Of a stretch of 64,000 nucleotides of DNA, positions 51,673 to 63,028 are shown piece after piece. A program made the position numbers and the translations under genes. Source of the DNA: an uncultured cyanobacterium (GTDB lineage Bacteria; Cyanobacteriota; Cyanobacteriia; CAKZMO01); NCBI GenBank assembly GCA_963719515.1, contig CAVRCJ010000001.1, forward strand, positions 32,001 through 96,000, in the 5' to 3' direction. Numbering within the stretch: the first letter of the stretch is position 1; the number at the start of each line of letters is the position of its first letter. The notes beneath the pieces are model-generated. The model worked only from the letters and a program-made list of their open reading frames with translations. It ran no database searches and was not told the origin of the DNA.

Positions 51673-53040
51673 TTGGCTACTCGAATTGTTTTAGTGCGTC
51701 ACGGGGAAAGCACGTTTAATACCCAGCGCCGCGTCCAAGGGCATTGTGACGACTCCACGCTGACGGAGACGGGGCGGATTGGCGCGCGGCAGGTGGGCGC
51801 TACGCTGTGCGACCTCCCCGTTGACGCCGTCTACAGTAGCCCGCTGCGCCGGGCAAGGACAACAGCTGATCTGCTGCTGGAGTCGTTCTCCGCCGCGCCG
51901 CCGGTAGAAACCAGCCCGCTGCTGCTGGAGGTGAATCTGCCTGCCTGGGAAAGACTGACCTTCCAAGAGATAGAAGAGCGGTTTCCAGAGGGCTACCGCC
52001 TTTGGAAAGCCCGCCCCCACGAGTTCCGCATGGATATTCCTTCTCCTGAGGGAGACATTGAGCATTATCCGGTAAGAGCGCTGTATCGGCAGGCCAGCCA
52101 GTTTTGGCGGTCTGTGCTTCCCCATCACCCCAACGAGACCATTGTGGTTGTGGGGCATAGCGGCATCAACCGGGCTCTGATTCAGACCGCCATGGGTTTA
52201 GGGCCAGAGGCCTATAGCCGCTTCTATATTTCCAACTGCGGCATCAGCATTCTCAACGTGGCTGGCAATAGCGCTGACGATGGTGCGACCGAGAGCGGTG
52301 GTCTAGCCGGCGTGCAGCTAGAATCGCTCAACGTTGTGTCCCATCTGGGCAACACCTATCCACCCGTGCGCTCGGGCCACGTGGGCCCTCGTCTGCTGCT
52401 GGTGCGCCACGGAGAAACCGACTGGAACCGGGATAAGCGCTTCCAGGGGCAAATCGACATCCCCCTCAACGACAATGGACGGCAGCAGGCTACCTACTGC
52501 GCCGACTTTCTCAAGGCGGCTCAAATCGATCGAGCGGTCAGTAGCTCGATGTCTCGCCCCAGAGAAACCGCTGAGATTATCCTCAAGCCTCACATCGGCG
52601 TTCCCCTGTCCACGATGGACGGCCTGCGGGAAATTGGCCATGGCCTTTGGGAAGGGCAGCTAGAGCCCGATATTGACCAGGCGTATCCGGGACTGCTGCA
52701 GCAGTGGAAGGACAAACCGGAAACCGTGCAGATGCCCGAGGGGGAAAATTTGCAGCAGGTGTGGGACCGGGCGATCGCCGCCTGGAGCGCCATCGTCACA
52801 GCCGCTGCCCCTGGAGAGGTGATTTTGGTGACGGCCCACGACGCGGTCAACAAAGCGCTGCTGTGCCATCTGGCAGGCCTGGGGCCAGAGCACTTTTGGA
52901 CCTTTAAGCAAGGCAACGGGGCGGTGAGCGTTATCGATTACCCCAGCGGCCCGGATGGCCCTCCTCTGCTGCAGTCCATTAACATCACGACCTTTCTCGG
53001 CGCGGGGGTGTTGGACAAGACAGCGGCGGGGGCGCTCTGA
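51673..53040 (+). CDS. Tandem histidine-phosphatase (phosphoglycerate mutase-like) protein; possible phosphoserine phosphatase
   Basis: Two RHG motifs (LVRHGES, LVRHGET); TTG start after an AGGGGG RBS. Confidence 0.9.
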   Translation: MATRIVLVRHGESTFNTQRRVQGHCDDSTLTETGRIGARQVGATLCDLPVDAVYSSPLRRARTTADLLLESFSAAPPVETSPLLLEVNLPAWERLTFQEIEERFPEGYRLWKARPHEFRMDIPSPEGDIEHYPVRALYRQASQFWRSVLPHHPNETIVVVGHSGINRALIQTAMGLGPEAYSRFYISNCGISILNVAGNSADDGATESGGLAGVQLESLNVVSHLGNTYPPVRSGHVGPRLLLVRHGETDWNRDKRFQGQIDIPLNDNGRQQATYCADFLKAAQIDRAVSSSMSRPRETAEIILKPHIGVPLSTMDGLREIGHGLWEGQLEPDIDQAYPGLLQQWKDKPETVQMPEGENLQQVWDRAIAAWSAIVTAAAPGEVILVTAHDAVNKALLCHLAGLGPEHFWTFKQGNGAVSVIDYPSGPDGPPLLQSINITTFLGAGVLDKTAAGAL

Positions 53041-53047
53041 TACGCCT

Positions 53048-54367
53048 ATGGGCGATCTGTCTCTAGCTGACCCGTCTTCAACCTACCTCCTGCGTCAGGT
53101 CCGCGTCCTCGATCCACTCACCCAGAGCGATCGCGTTGCCGACGTGCTGATTGTCGCCAACAAAATTCGCGCCCTAGAAGCCTCTATAGAGACGCTGCCG
53201 GACGACGTTGATGCGAACGCAGTCCAGTCTGTGAGTCGCCCTGGGGCCGTACTGGGGCCGGGGCTTGTCGATCTGTATAGCCACGCCAGCGAGCCAGGCT
53301 TTGAGCCAAGAGAAACGATCGCGACGCTGACCCAATCGGCGGTGCGGGGGGGCTTCACCCGCCTGGCTATTTTGCCCGCTACGCAGCCCGTGGTGGACAA
53401 CGCCGCCCTGCTGCGGCAGCTGCGGGCCGAGTTCGCCGCCGCCTGCCCTGCGCTGGCGGTGAGCTTTTGGGGGGCGCTGACGCTCAGCCTCGCGGGGAAA
53501 CAGCTCACCGACCTGGGAGACCTCAAGGCCGCAGCTGCAGCTGGCTTCACTGACGCTAGAGCTTTGCCGTCGCACATTCTTTACCCAGCCCTCGACTATG
53601 CCCAAGCCCTGGGCAAGCCCGTCGGCGTTTCTCTCTGCCGCTCACCCCATCCGATCCGCGACGGGGCGATGGCGCTGCGGTTAGGGTTGCCCAGCGCGCC
53701 TCACACCGATGAAACGGGACCTTTAGCGGCCTTGATAGAGCAGGTCAAGATCGCCCCAACGCCGGTACATGTCATGCGCCTCTCTACCGCTCGGGGGGTT
53801 GCCCTGGTGGCGCGGGCGAAAGCGGATGGCCTGCCGGTCAGCGCTAGCACAACGTGGATTCATCTATTGCAGGATACGACTCACCTCACCGCCTATGATC
53901 CGAACCTCCGGGTCCACCCTCCTCTGGGCAACCCAGACGACCGGGAAGCTCTGATAGACGGCGTCGTCGATGGCACCATCGACGCGATCGCCATCGACCA
54001 CTGCCCACACCCCTACGAGGAGAAGACCGTCGCTTTTGCCGAATCGCCTCCCGGCGTCACTGGATTGCAGGTCGCGCTGCCGCTGCTTTGGTCGCATCTG
54101 GTGGAAACCAATCGGGTGAGCGCCTTAGCCCTATGGCGCGCCCTCAGCGCCCATCCCGCCCACTGCCTACAGCAGTCGCCCCCTCAAATAGCCCTAGGCC
54201 AGGTCGCTGAGCTAACTTTGTTTGACCCCGCAGACTCCTGGGATGCTACGCCCGAAGCGATCGCCTCCCTCTCCCGAAACTTCCCCTGGCTGAACAAAAC
54301 TATTGCGGGTCGGGTAGTGGGTCTGTGGACCCCCACGATGCCGCCAAAACTCTCCGCTAAGCAATAG
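53048..54367 (+). CDS. Dihydroorotase-like protein (probably catalytically inactive pyrC-prime type)
   Basis: PGLVDLYSH (first metal His replaced), GGFT, HVMRLST, PPLG, IAIDHCP. Confidence 0.85.
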   Translation: MGDLSLADPSSTYLLRQVRVLDPLTQSDRVADVLIVANKIRALEASIETLPDDVDANAVQSVSRPGAVLGPGLVDLYSHASEPGFEPRETIATLTQSAVRGGFTRLAILPATQPVVDNAALLRQLRAEFAAACPALAVSFWGALTLSLAGKQLTDLGDLKAAAAAGFTDARALPSHILYPALDYAQALGKPVGVSLCRSPHPIRDGAMALRLGLPSAPHTDETGPLAALIEQVKIAPTPVHVMRLSTARGVALVARAKADGLPVSASTTWIHLLQDTTHLTAYDPNLRVHPPLGNPDDREALIDGVVDGTIDAIAIDHCPHPYEEKTVAFAESPPGVTGLQVALPLLWSHLVETNRVSALALWRALSAHPAHCLQQSPPQIALGQVAELTLFDPADSWDATPEAIASLSRNFPWLNKTIAGRVVGLWTPTMPPKLSAKQ

Positions 54368-56626
54368 GGCTGCCCTCTGACAGCACGGGGCTGCTTTCCG
54401 GAATCATCAGGCGGAAGCTGGTCCTTCCCTGCTGACTGTAGACCTGAACGGTGCCTTCGAGCTGGTGCGTTAGCTGCTTGACAAGCGCCAAGCCAAGGCC
54501 GGTACCGCCTTTTTGCCAGAGGGTGTTGTTTTGCACTCGGTAGAACTTATCAAACACGTAGGGCAGGTGACTGGCAGAAATCTCGACGCCGGAATTTGTC
54601 ACCTGGAGCTGAAGCGTTCGGTCTATCATCCGCACAGTGACCAGAATAGTCTCTCCTGGAGGGGTGTATTTGTAGGCGTTGTCCAACAGCTCTGTCAGAA
54701 TGCGGTGAACCGCCGTGACGTCAGTTCTAAAGGGGGTTAGCGGACTGAGGCAGCGGAACTGCAGCGTCTGCTGTCGGGTCTGCATGCGCTCTTCAAAAGA
54801 TTGAGTGATGCCCGCTAGCCATGACTCTAAATTGATGAGACCAATGCTGGGAGACGGTGCGCCGGAGTCGAGACGCTGCAGGTCTAGAAGATCGTTGATT
54901 AAGCTAATCTCGCGATCGCACTCGCCGCTGAGAATTTGCAGATATTGCTGGACCTTGCTTGTGGTGGAGGGCATTGATACGGATTTCGAGCCCTCTGCTG
55001 GCGGCGCGCTGACGGGCTGGCGCTCTGCCGAGGCATCATCCTGCAGCTTTTCGAAGGACATGGTCAGCATCTGAATGGCCATCTTCATGTTGGTGACCGG
55101 GGACCTAAGTTCGTGGGATACGGCGCTCAGGAAGTCATCCTTCTGCTGATGCAGGCTCTCTAAGACCTCGACCTGGTTTTGGGCCGCTTTGTGGAGATGG
55201 ACCTGCCGAATGGCGATCGCACATTGATCGGCAGCATGCTGCACCAGGGCAACTTCCTGGGGGGACACATATTGAACCTCACGGTCGGCAGGCCAAAACA
55301 ACCAGAGATCGCCCAGGAGCCCCTGGCTGCTGACGATGGGGCAAGCGAGGACAAGCTGCCAGCCAAGGCTGGGATGCCGATGGCACAGCTGAACGGCCTG
55401 GCATTCTGAAAGTCGGGGATAGACCGACTGAATAATGGGCGCAGATCTCAAATTAAGCTTGCTTTCACTTTGAGATTCGACCCCTGTAGGGATGTATTCA
55501 CAAGCCGTAGCGCCATTGTCTTCTAGCGTATCGATGGTGTGTAGCGTTGCGCTGCCATAGCTGAGCCCCAGACCTTTTCCCAGCTCCCCGATCACCGTTT
55601 TGAGAATCTGCGCATCTTCAGCGCTATCTCGGATGCTATCGGTGATCCGTTTAAGCAAGGTGTTAAAGTCAAACATCTGCTGCAGCTGCGCTGTCCGCCG
55701 CTCAACTAGTTGCCCTAGACCTACGTGCCGCTCTTCTTGAGGCACTTTTTGGAAATAAATTGCCAGCCCCGCCCGGTGAGTGTAGCAGCGATACTCGAAC
55801 CAACAGTCAGTCTTAGGGCAATAGTCCTCAAAAACAATTCCATGTCCTTTCTGCGGACCTTCTGGCCGGTCACGCCGGACGCGAAAAGGCAAATCCACCA
55901 GGCAGGGAAAGACTTCCCAAACAGGATGTCCAATCAGACGCGATCGCGATTGGGACAAGCAGCTGCTCAGCGTGATCGTTGACGTAGGTAAACCGCCACT
56001 CGGCGTCGAGGTTAAAAAAGCCGTCCGCAATGCTCTCCAAGATGTCGCTATCTTGATGGTGGCTTGGTCTAAAGCCTCTGCTACGTCCGTGAGAGATGGT
56101 TTACCCCGATAGTTTTGATCGCCCAGCGTATCTTGGGTGATGGGGCTCCGCCTCGGCCCAGCTTTGCTTTCCGTAGCCTGCTGGTACGCACCCCTGAAGG
56201 CTCTGTGGGTGCGCCGCTACCGTGCAGCTGCGGGCGTTGACAAGCGCCAAATGGTGCTTGAGTCTCACCGACACCTCATCTGCGGAGAACGGCGCTGCAA
56301 TATAGTCCGCTGCCCCCGCCGTAAATGAGGCAGCTTCGCTGGACGGATCGTCGGAGAGTCGATAAAGATGACGGGGATCTTGCAGGTCAAGGGGCTGTGT
56401 TTGAGCCGTTGGCATAGTGCGTGGCCGTCGCTATTTGAGGCCCTTGCGTCTAGCAGAATTAGATCGGGAGCGATCGCTTCTAGTTGCGTCATCGCCTCAT
56501 GACTGCTGACGCTCTAGAGATTGTGTGGCCGAGGGTCTCGAGTATGGAGAGTAGGGGATCAGCTTGGACTGAGTCGCCAATAGCTAAAAAGCTACCGCTC
56601 AGGGATTCGGAGGGGATCAGGCTCAT
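54357..56626 (-). pseudogene. Receiver-PAS-GAF histidine kinase with about five frameshifts in the 5' third (pseudogene or assembly errors)
   Basis: PDLILLD receiver, ILESIADGFFNLDAEWRFTYVN PAS (in a different frame from the listed ORF), GAF, SHELRSP H-box, ELLDNAYKY, GGTGLGL. Confidence 0.75.
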
Positions 56627-56968
56627 CACTTGGGTACACACGGTCAGTAAATGGGTGTTGACGCTCTCGGCGATTGAGAAGACAGGGTGGCCTAACTGAA
56701 AAACTAGCTGAACAAAGGGGGGGCGCTGAAGGCTCGTAGGGTGCGGCGTTGGTGAAGCGGGTGTGTTGTTAAAAATATATTACATCTGGGTATGCTTAGA
56801 ATGACGCAACGGATACATCGTCTGTGGCCATCCAGCGGTCATCCCACAGCCTTTGATAGGTCTGCGCCAGAGTCTAGATGACTGTGGCGTCAGCCAGAAA
56901 CGAGGCTGGGAGCGGCGGCTGCCCCTAGCCGCGAAGAGACACCGTGGTTCCGACAGTGACGAAGCTGA

Positions 56969-57190
56969 CTAACCGCATCCTGGGCGGTGGTCAGATAGGT
57001 TACAGGTCGGTAGGGGGTCAAACCACGTATTACCCGATACAGCGTTGGGAGAAGAGATCGGAATAATACCGGGAAACTGCTGCGTCAACTGCCCAAACAG
57101 AGTAACTAGTACGCTGAGAGAGGCCACAGTGAGCAGCGCGTGTAGTGCGTGCAATAAGATAACGTTATGCTGCTTACTGGGTAAAGCCAT
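56969..57190 (-). CDS. Small hypothetical membrane protein
   Basis: 73-aa ATG ORF with one hydrophobic segment. Confidence 0.45.
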   Translation of the reverse strand: MALPSKQHNVILLHALHALLTVASLSVLVTLFGQLTQQFPGIIPISSPNAVSGNTWFDPLPTCNLSDHRPGCG

Positions 57191-57528
57191 GCTGTCTTAG
57201 GCAGTGGTGTGCTCCACTCCAACTTAAGAAATCTCAGGGCAGATCACATCAGGTGTCTTACGGAGAGATGCGATGTCACCGGCCCTCTATTACAGCGTTA
57301 CCTATACGAAATTGACCTCTGAAGGCTGGACGCTCGTCAGTCAGCGCAAAAGGCTACTGCGCAAAAATACTGATCTTAGGCCGCTATCTGCATTGGGCTC
57401 TTGCATTGTTCAAGGAATTTAGGCAACCTAAGGGCAGGTAGAATTAGAGCCTTCTTTCGAGGCCCGATGCTCTCGCTGAGTGAGCCCTGTTCCGCTACGC
57501 CATACTTGGTCATGAGGAGAGCCCGAAG

Positions 57529-59076
57529 ATGGTACTGCTATTTCGACGGACTGTATTTGCTGGTGCGTTTGTTTTCGCGATTTTAGGAGCCTCAGCTCGC
57601 GTAGCTGCTGCTCAGCTCGATCCGGCGGCAGATCTCCTGCTCGCAGAGCGCATGTCGGAGTTTGGTAGCACCACCATCGACCTCGAAGGCAGCGTCCCGC
57701 AGAGCAGTCAGACAATCGCCGATATCCAGGTGCAGTTCGTGAATGACGAGCAGCCTGTTGAGGGAAGAACGCGAGACCACATCATTCTTCAAGAGTTCGA
57801 CTTTGAGGTGGGCGATCGCTACGACGCCGCTCTGGCCGAGCGGGGCCTTCAGCGCATCAACAACTTGGACATTGTCAGCAGCGCGACCCTCTCCCTAGAG
57901 CCTACCGAAGATCCTACCCAGGTGGTGATGGTGGTGACGGTAGATGAAGCCAGTCCCTTCCCGATTGCCTTCGGCCTAACAATTCCCCATCCATCCGCTC
58001 TGCAAGGGGTTACGGTTCCCGACGCGGTTCTTCCGGGCACCGACCGCAAAGGGGGAACGCTGCTGAGCTTTCGCACTGAGCTATCCAACCTCGGCGGCAA
58101 TAATCAAACGGCGGCGCTGGGTATTGAAGGGGGCGAAAATACCTTCAACTACAGCGTGAGCTTCACCGATCCCTGGATTGGCGGCGACCCACACCGCACC
58201 GGATACTCGGTTAACTTTTTCAACAGCCGGGAGGTGCCGACGGTGTTCGACGGCGGGAACGAGGTAGAGCTCTCCAACGACCGCGACCCCTGGGTACACC
58301 GCCTCGGCGGCGGCGTTGAATTTTTCCGGCCCCTCTCCTCAGAGCTCGCGCTGGCGGCAGGGGTCTCGTTTCAGCGAGTCTCGGTGCGCGATAGCCTCAC
58401 CACCACCGATATCTTCACTGAAGATGAGCTGGGCAACGAACTCACGTTTAGCGACGAAGGGCGCGACAGCCTGCTCACCACTAGCTTTTCGGGCTCCTTG
58501 GACCGGCGCAACGATCGCCGCTACCCCACTGACGGCTACCGGCTACTCTTTCGTACTGACCAGTATTTCCCCGTCGGCGAGTCGAGCATTTTGGGCAACC
58601 GGCTGGCGGCCAACTACATTCACTACCTGCCCGTACCGCTGTTCGGGTTTGACGACGGCCCCCGCACGCTAATTCTCAACGTCCAGGGCGGAACGTTTAT
58701 TGGCGACCTGCCGCCCTATGAGGCATTTGCACTAGGTGGCGGCACCTCCGTGCGCGGCTACGACGCAGGAGAGATTGGCTCGGGGCGTAGCTTTGTGCAG
58801 GCTACGGCTGAGTATCGATTCCCCATTTTCGGCTTCGTCGCCTTTCAAGAGGAGGTCGATATCGGGGGGGCTCTGTTTGTGGACTACGTCACCGATTTAG
58901 GTTCTGGTGACACGGTGCGAGGGGAGCCTGCCGAGGCGCGAGATAAGCCGGGGGAGGGCCTGGGATTTGGCGTGGGGCTACGCGCCTTGACGCCCATTGG
59001 CCCTGCCCGGCTGGAGCTGGGAATTAACGACGATGGCGAGAGTGAGGTGATTTTCACCATTGGCGATCGCTTCTAG
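57529..59076 (+). CDS. Omp85 (BamA/TamA-family) outer membrane protein with a single POTRA-like domain
   Basis: Signal peptide, GRTRDHII POTRA, NLGGNNQ, SFTDPW, LGGGTSVRGY, C-terminal FTIGDRF; GAGGAG RBS. Confidence 0.92.
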   Translation: MVLLFRRTVFAGAFVFAILGASARVAAAQLDPAADLLLAERMSEFGSTTIDLEGSVPQSSQTIADIQVQFVNDEQPVEGRTRDHIILQEFDFEVGDRYDAALAERGLQRINNLDIVSSATLSLEPTEDPTQVVMVVTVDEASPFPIAFGLTIPHPSALQGVTVPDAVLPGTDRKGGTLLSFRTELSNLGGNNQTAALGIEGGENTFNYSVSFTDPWIGGDPHRTGYSVNFFNSREVPTVFDGGNEVELSNDRDPWVHRLGGGVEFFRPLSSELALAAGVSFQRVSVRDSLTTTDIFTEDELGNELTFSDEGRDSLLTTSFSGSLDRRNDRRYPTDGYRLLFRTDQYFPVGESSILGNRLAANYIHYLPVPLFGFDDGPRTLILNVQGGTFIGDLPPYEAFALGGGTSVRGYDAGEIGSGRSFVQATAEYRFPIFGFVAFQEEVDIGGALFVDYVTDLGSGDTVRGEPAEARDKPGEGLGFGVGLRALTPIGPARLELGINDDGESEVIFTIGDRF

Positions 59077-59136
59077 AAAAATTCCAATGGCTTGACACTG
59101 CTCTAGCCTTGAGGGGGCCAGGCTACGATGCTGAGC

Positions 59137-59355
59137 TTACTTGTTGCCCAAGCCCTCGAAGAATTCCTCTTCGAAGCGGCCCTCTAGCTTGTTGCCCAAG
59201 CCCTCGAAGAATTCTTCCTCGAAGCGGCCCTCTAGCTTGTTGCCCAAGCCCTCGAAGAATTCCTCTTCGAAGCGGCCCTCTAGGGCTAGAACCGGCGTCG
59301 CCGAAAGCGCCAGTAATGATAGCGTCGACAGTACGATAGTGATTAAGCGTTTCAT
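59137..59355 (-). CDS. Secreted 72-aa precursor: signal peptide plus three identical LEGRFEEEFFEGLGNK units
   Basis: AGGAGG RBS 7 nt before the ATG; MKRLITIVLSTLSLLALSATPVLA signal peptide; repeats run exactly to the stop codon. Confidence 0.85.
   Translation of the reverse strand: MKRLITIVLSTLSLLALSATPVLALEGRFEEEFFEGLGNKLEGRFEEEFFEGLGNKLEGRFEEEFFEGLGNK
59140..59283. repeat. Three tandem 48-bp repeats
   Basis: Units at 59140, 59188 and 59236; the middle copy differs at two synonymous positions. Confidence 0.97.
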
Positions 59356-59482
59356 GGTCTTGCCTCCTGATTCAGTAGCGTAAATGAGGGGTCTACTAAG
59401 CTGAGAGCAGAAGCAGGCGTTGGGATTGAGGTGAAGGGGTTTGCTGATCTACCCTCGACAGATTCACTATCCCACTCGAATG

Positions 59483-59548
59483 TGAGGATTCCCTGACGAA
59501 ATTTTGAGAGGATTCTGAGGAGAGGCTGAGAGCACTCTGAGAGGCCCG
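59483..59548. promoter_or_regulatory. Six TGA(G/C) boxes with an exact 11-bp period (putative response-regulator binding array)
   Basis: TGA at 59483, 59494, 59505, 59516, 59527 and 59538. Confidence 0.6.
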
Positions 59549-59792
59549 TGCTTCTACGGGAATGCCCTGTATCCTGGAAGATAGGGCTAAGCGACCCTTT
59601 TGCCGCGCCTTCAAACGTAATGGTGCCGTTGGCCAAAGAGAGCACGTTTTCTACACCTGCGCCAACGCAGAAGCAATGCAAAACCGAACCTAGTCAGCGC
59701 TTTCCATCGGGAAGTCCCTGGAAAAAAGCAGACTGTTTCTGAAAAAGAAATGCCGGTAGAAAAACCCTTATTGACGCTCAGTAAAGCCTAAG

Positions 59793-60410
59793 ATGCAGAA
59801 AAGATTCAGCCGTTTTCTTATCCTCACGTTAGTTGTTTTCATCAGCATCAGCTGGACGCTATCGACCCAAGCTCAGACCAATAACTTAGATAAGGCCACG
59901 TTTGCGGGAGGGTGCTTTTGGTGCATGGAGAAACCCTTTGAAGAGCTCTCTGGCGTAGTTGAAACAATTTCCGGCTACACGGGCGGCACCACCCCAAACC
60001 CAAGCTACGAGCAAGTGTCTTCAGGCACCACAGGACATATTGAATCGGTCCAGGTAACCTACGACCCGCAGCAGGTCAGCTATCCTGAGCTGCTGGAGGT
60101 CTATTGGCGCAATGTTGACCCGCTGGACGATGGGGGACAATTCTGCGATCGCGGTGAACAGTACGAAACGAAGATTTTCTACCACGACGAGGAGCAGCAG
60201 CAGCTCGCCGAGGCGTCCAAAGCCGCTGCCGCTGAGGAGATCGGACAGGCCCTAGTCACCGAAATCATCCCGGCGTCTACTTTTTACAGGGCGGAAGACT
60301 ACCATCAAAACTACTACCGCACTCACCCCATCCGCTACCGCGCCTATCGGTTCGCCTGCGGACGCGATCGCCGTCTAGAGGAGGTGTGGGGCAGCGCGCC
60401 ATCCCATTAA
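59793..60410 (+). CDS. msrA: Peptide-methionine (S)-S-oxide reductase with N-terminal signal peptide
   Basis: FAGGCFWCME, GYTGG, GQFCDRG, AEDYHQNYY motifs. Confidence 0.96.
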   Translation: MQKRFSRFLILTLVVFISISWTLSTQAQTNNLDKATFAGGCFWCMEKPFEELSGVVETISGYTGGTTPNPSYEQVSSGTTGHIESVQVTYDPQQVSYPELLEVYWRNVDPLDDGGQFCDRGEQYETKIFYHDEEQQQLAEASKAAAAEEIGQALVTEIIPASTFYRAEDYHQNYYRTHPIRYRAYRFACGRDRRLEEVWGSAPSH

Positions 60411-60454
60411 TCTAGCTCTGGAATATAGCGTTGAAAAATAACGCTGTTCTACAT

Positions 60455-60500
60455 ACCCAAAGCGCGATCGCCTAAAGGAAGGGGCGATCGCGCTTTGGGT
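60455..60500. terminator. 18-bp perfect inverted repeat between convergent msrA and gloA
   Basis: ACCCAAAGCGCGATCGCC-N10-GGCGATCGCGCTTTGGGT. Confidence 0.65.
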
Positions 60501-60656
60501 GATATTCAAGACTCGGAGAGTAAAGCCAGTAAGCCAGTCCACCGCGTAGGAGGGTGACTTACTGACCTGCATAGAGTGTTGCAAAGCCTAAGGAACCTTC
60601 CTGTAACGTTATACGCGCGGCGCGGCTATCGTCCGGACCCTATCGATTTTGACTGG

Positions 60657-61085
60657 CTAACTCGCGATCGCCTCGCGATCTTTGGGCTGGGCTGAGCCCT
60701 GGGTTCCCAGCTGAATGAGCTCAATTTTGTAGCCCGTTGGGTCTTGGACAAACGCGATTACCGTAGAGCCATGCTTCATGGGGCCTGGCTCGCGGACCAC
60801 TTTCCCGCCCTGGGCCTTGATCTGGCTGCAGGTTTCATAGATATCGTCGACGCCCAAGGCAATATGGCCATAGGCGTCTCCTAGGTCGTAGCTCTCGGTG
60901 CCCCAGTTGTAGGTCAGCTCGATAACCGTATGGTCTGACTCGTCGCCGTAGCCCACAAAGGCGAGGGTAAATTCGCCGCCGGGGTAGTCCTTTTTGCGCA
61001 GCAGCGTCATGCCCAGCACGTCGCAGTAAAACGCGATGGACTCGTCTAAATTTCCAACCCGTAGCATCGTGTGCAGCATTCGCAT
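60657..61085 (-). CDS. gloA: Lactoylglutathione lyase (glyoxalase I)
   Basis: [35 protein letters not shown] motifs. Confidence 0.96.
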   Translation of the reverse strand: MRMLHTMLRVGNLDESIAFYCDVLGMTLLRKKDYPGGEFTLAFVGYGDESDHTVIELTYNWGTESYDLGDAYGHIALGVDDIYETCSQIKAQGGKVVREPGPMKHGSTVIAFVQDPTGYKIELIQLGTQGSAQPKDREAIAS

Positions 61086-61302
61086 TTGTAAGCCTCCTTG
61101 GCGGTCTAAACGTTTTTGTAGGCGCTGTCTTAACTATTACGGCAATCGCTGAGGTCGCTCGCCTCGCGGGCGATCGCGCCTGTCAGCGGACAATTATGAT
61201 CTTACAGTTAAGCCGAGTCGGACGACCTATCGGCCCCAGTGCCCAAGCTGCCAATGGCTGCAGCGATCGCCGCTACCGTTGTTTCCCCAGTCAGAGTGCT
61301 AG

Positions 61303-62694
<1,392 letters not shown>

Positions 62695-62726
62695 GGTAAG
62701 CCATTTAAGCCGTTTAGAGACCCTCT

Positions 62727-62756
62727 AGGTGCGCCACTCGATTCTGTGGCGCACCT
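62727..62756 (+). terminator. Hairpin after eno
   Basis: AGGTGCGCCAC-N8-GTGGCGCACCT, 11-bp stem. Confidence 0.6.
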
Positions 62757-63028
62757 GCAGGGTCTTCAGCTTTTTGGCCATCCCTGAGCGCCCAGTCAAA
62801 AGAAGGAATCTATTACGCAGTGGGGCTGGGATCTGTCTTGAGCATGAGAGACGGCGTCGTTTTTCTCACTACTATTGATTGGATATCAGCGATCGAACTT
62901 CAATCTTTGTTCAGCCAGCTTTCCTCAAAATCCAACTCAAGGAAGGTTAGAACGGGTAGCACTCTACAAAAGCTTGTTCGCTGCACAATCAACTAGGGCA
63001 ACAGCCCCACGCCTAAGAGGTGAAATTT

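Noticed and set aside
59140..59283. 48-bp repeats as a CRISPR array
   Set aside because: Repeats are directly adjacent with no spacers, are a multiple of 3 and lie in an ORF with RBS and signal peptide; no cas genes nearby.
59109..59383. Plus-strand ORFs across the repeats (76 and 80 aa)
   Set aside because: Antisense shadows with no RBS or signal peptide; the minus-strand ORF explains the repeats.
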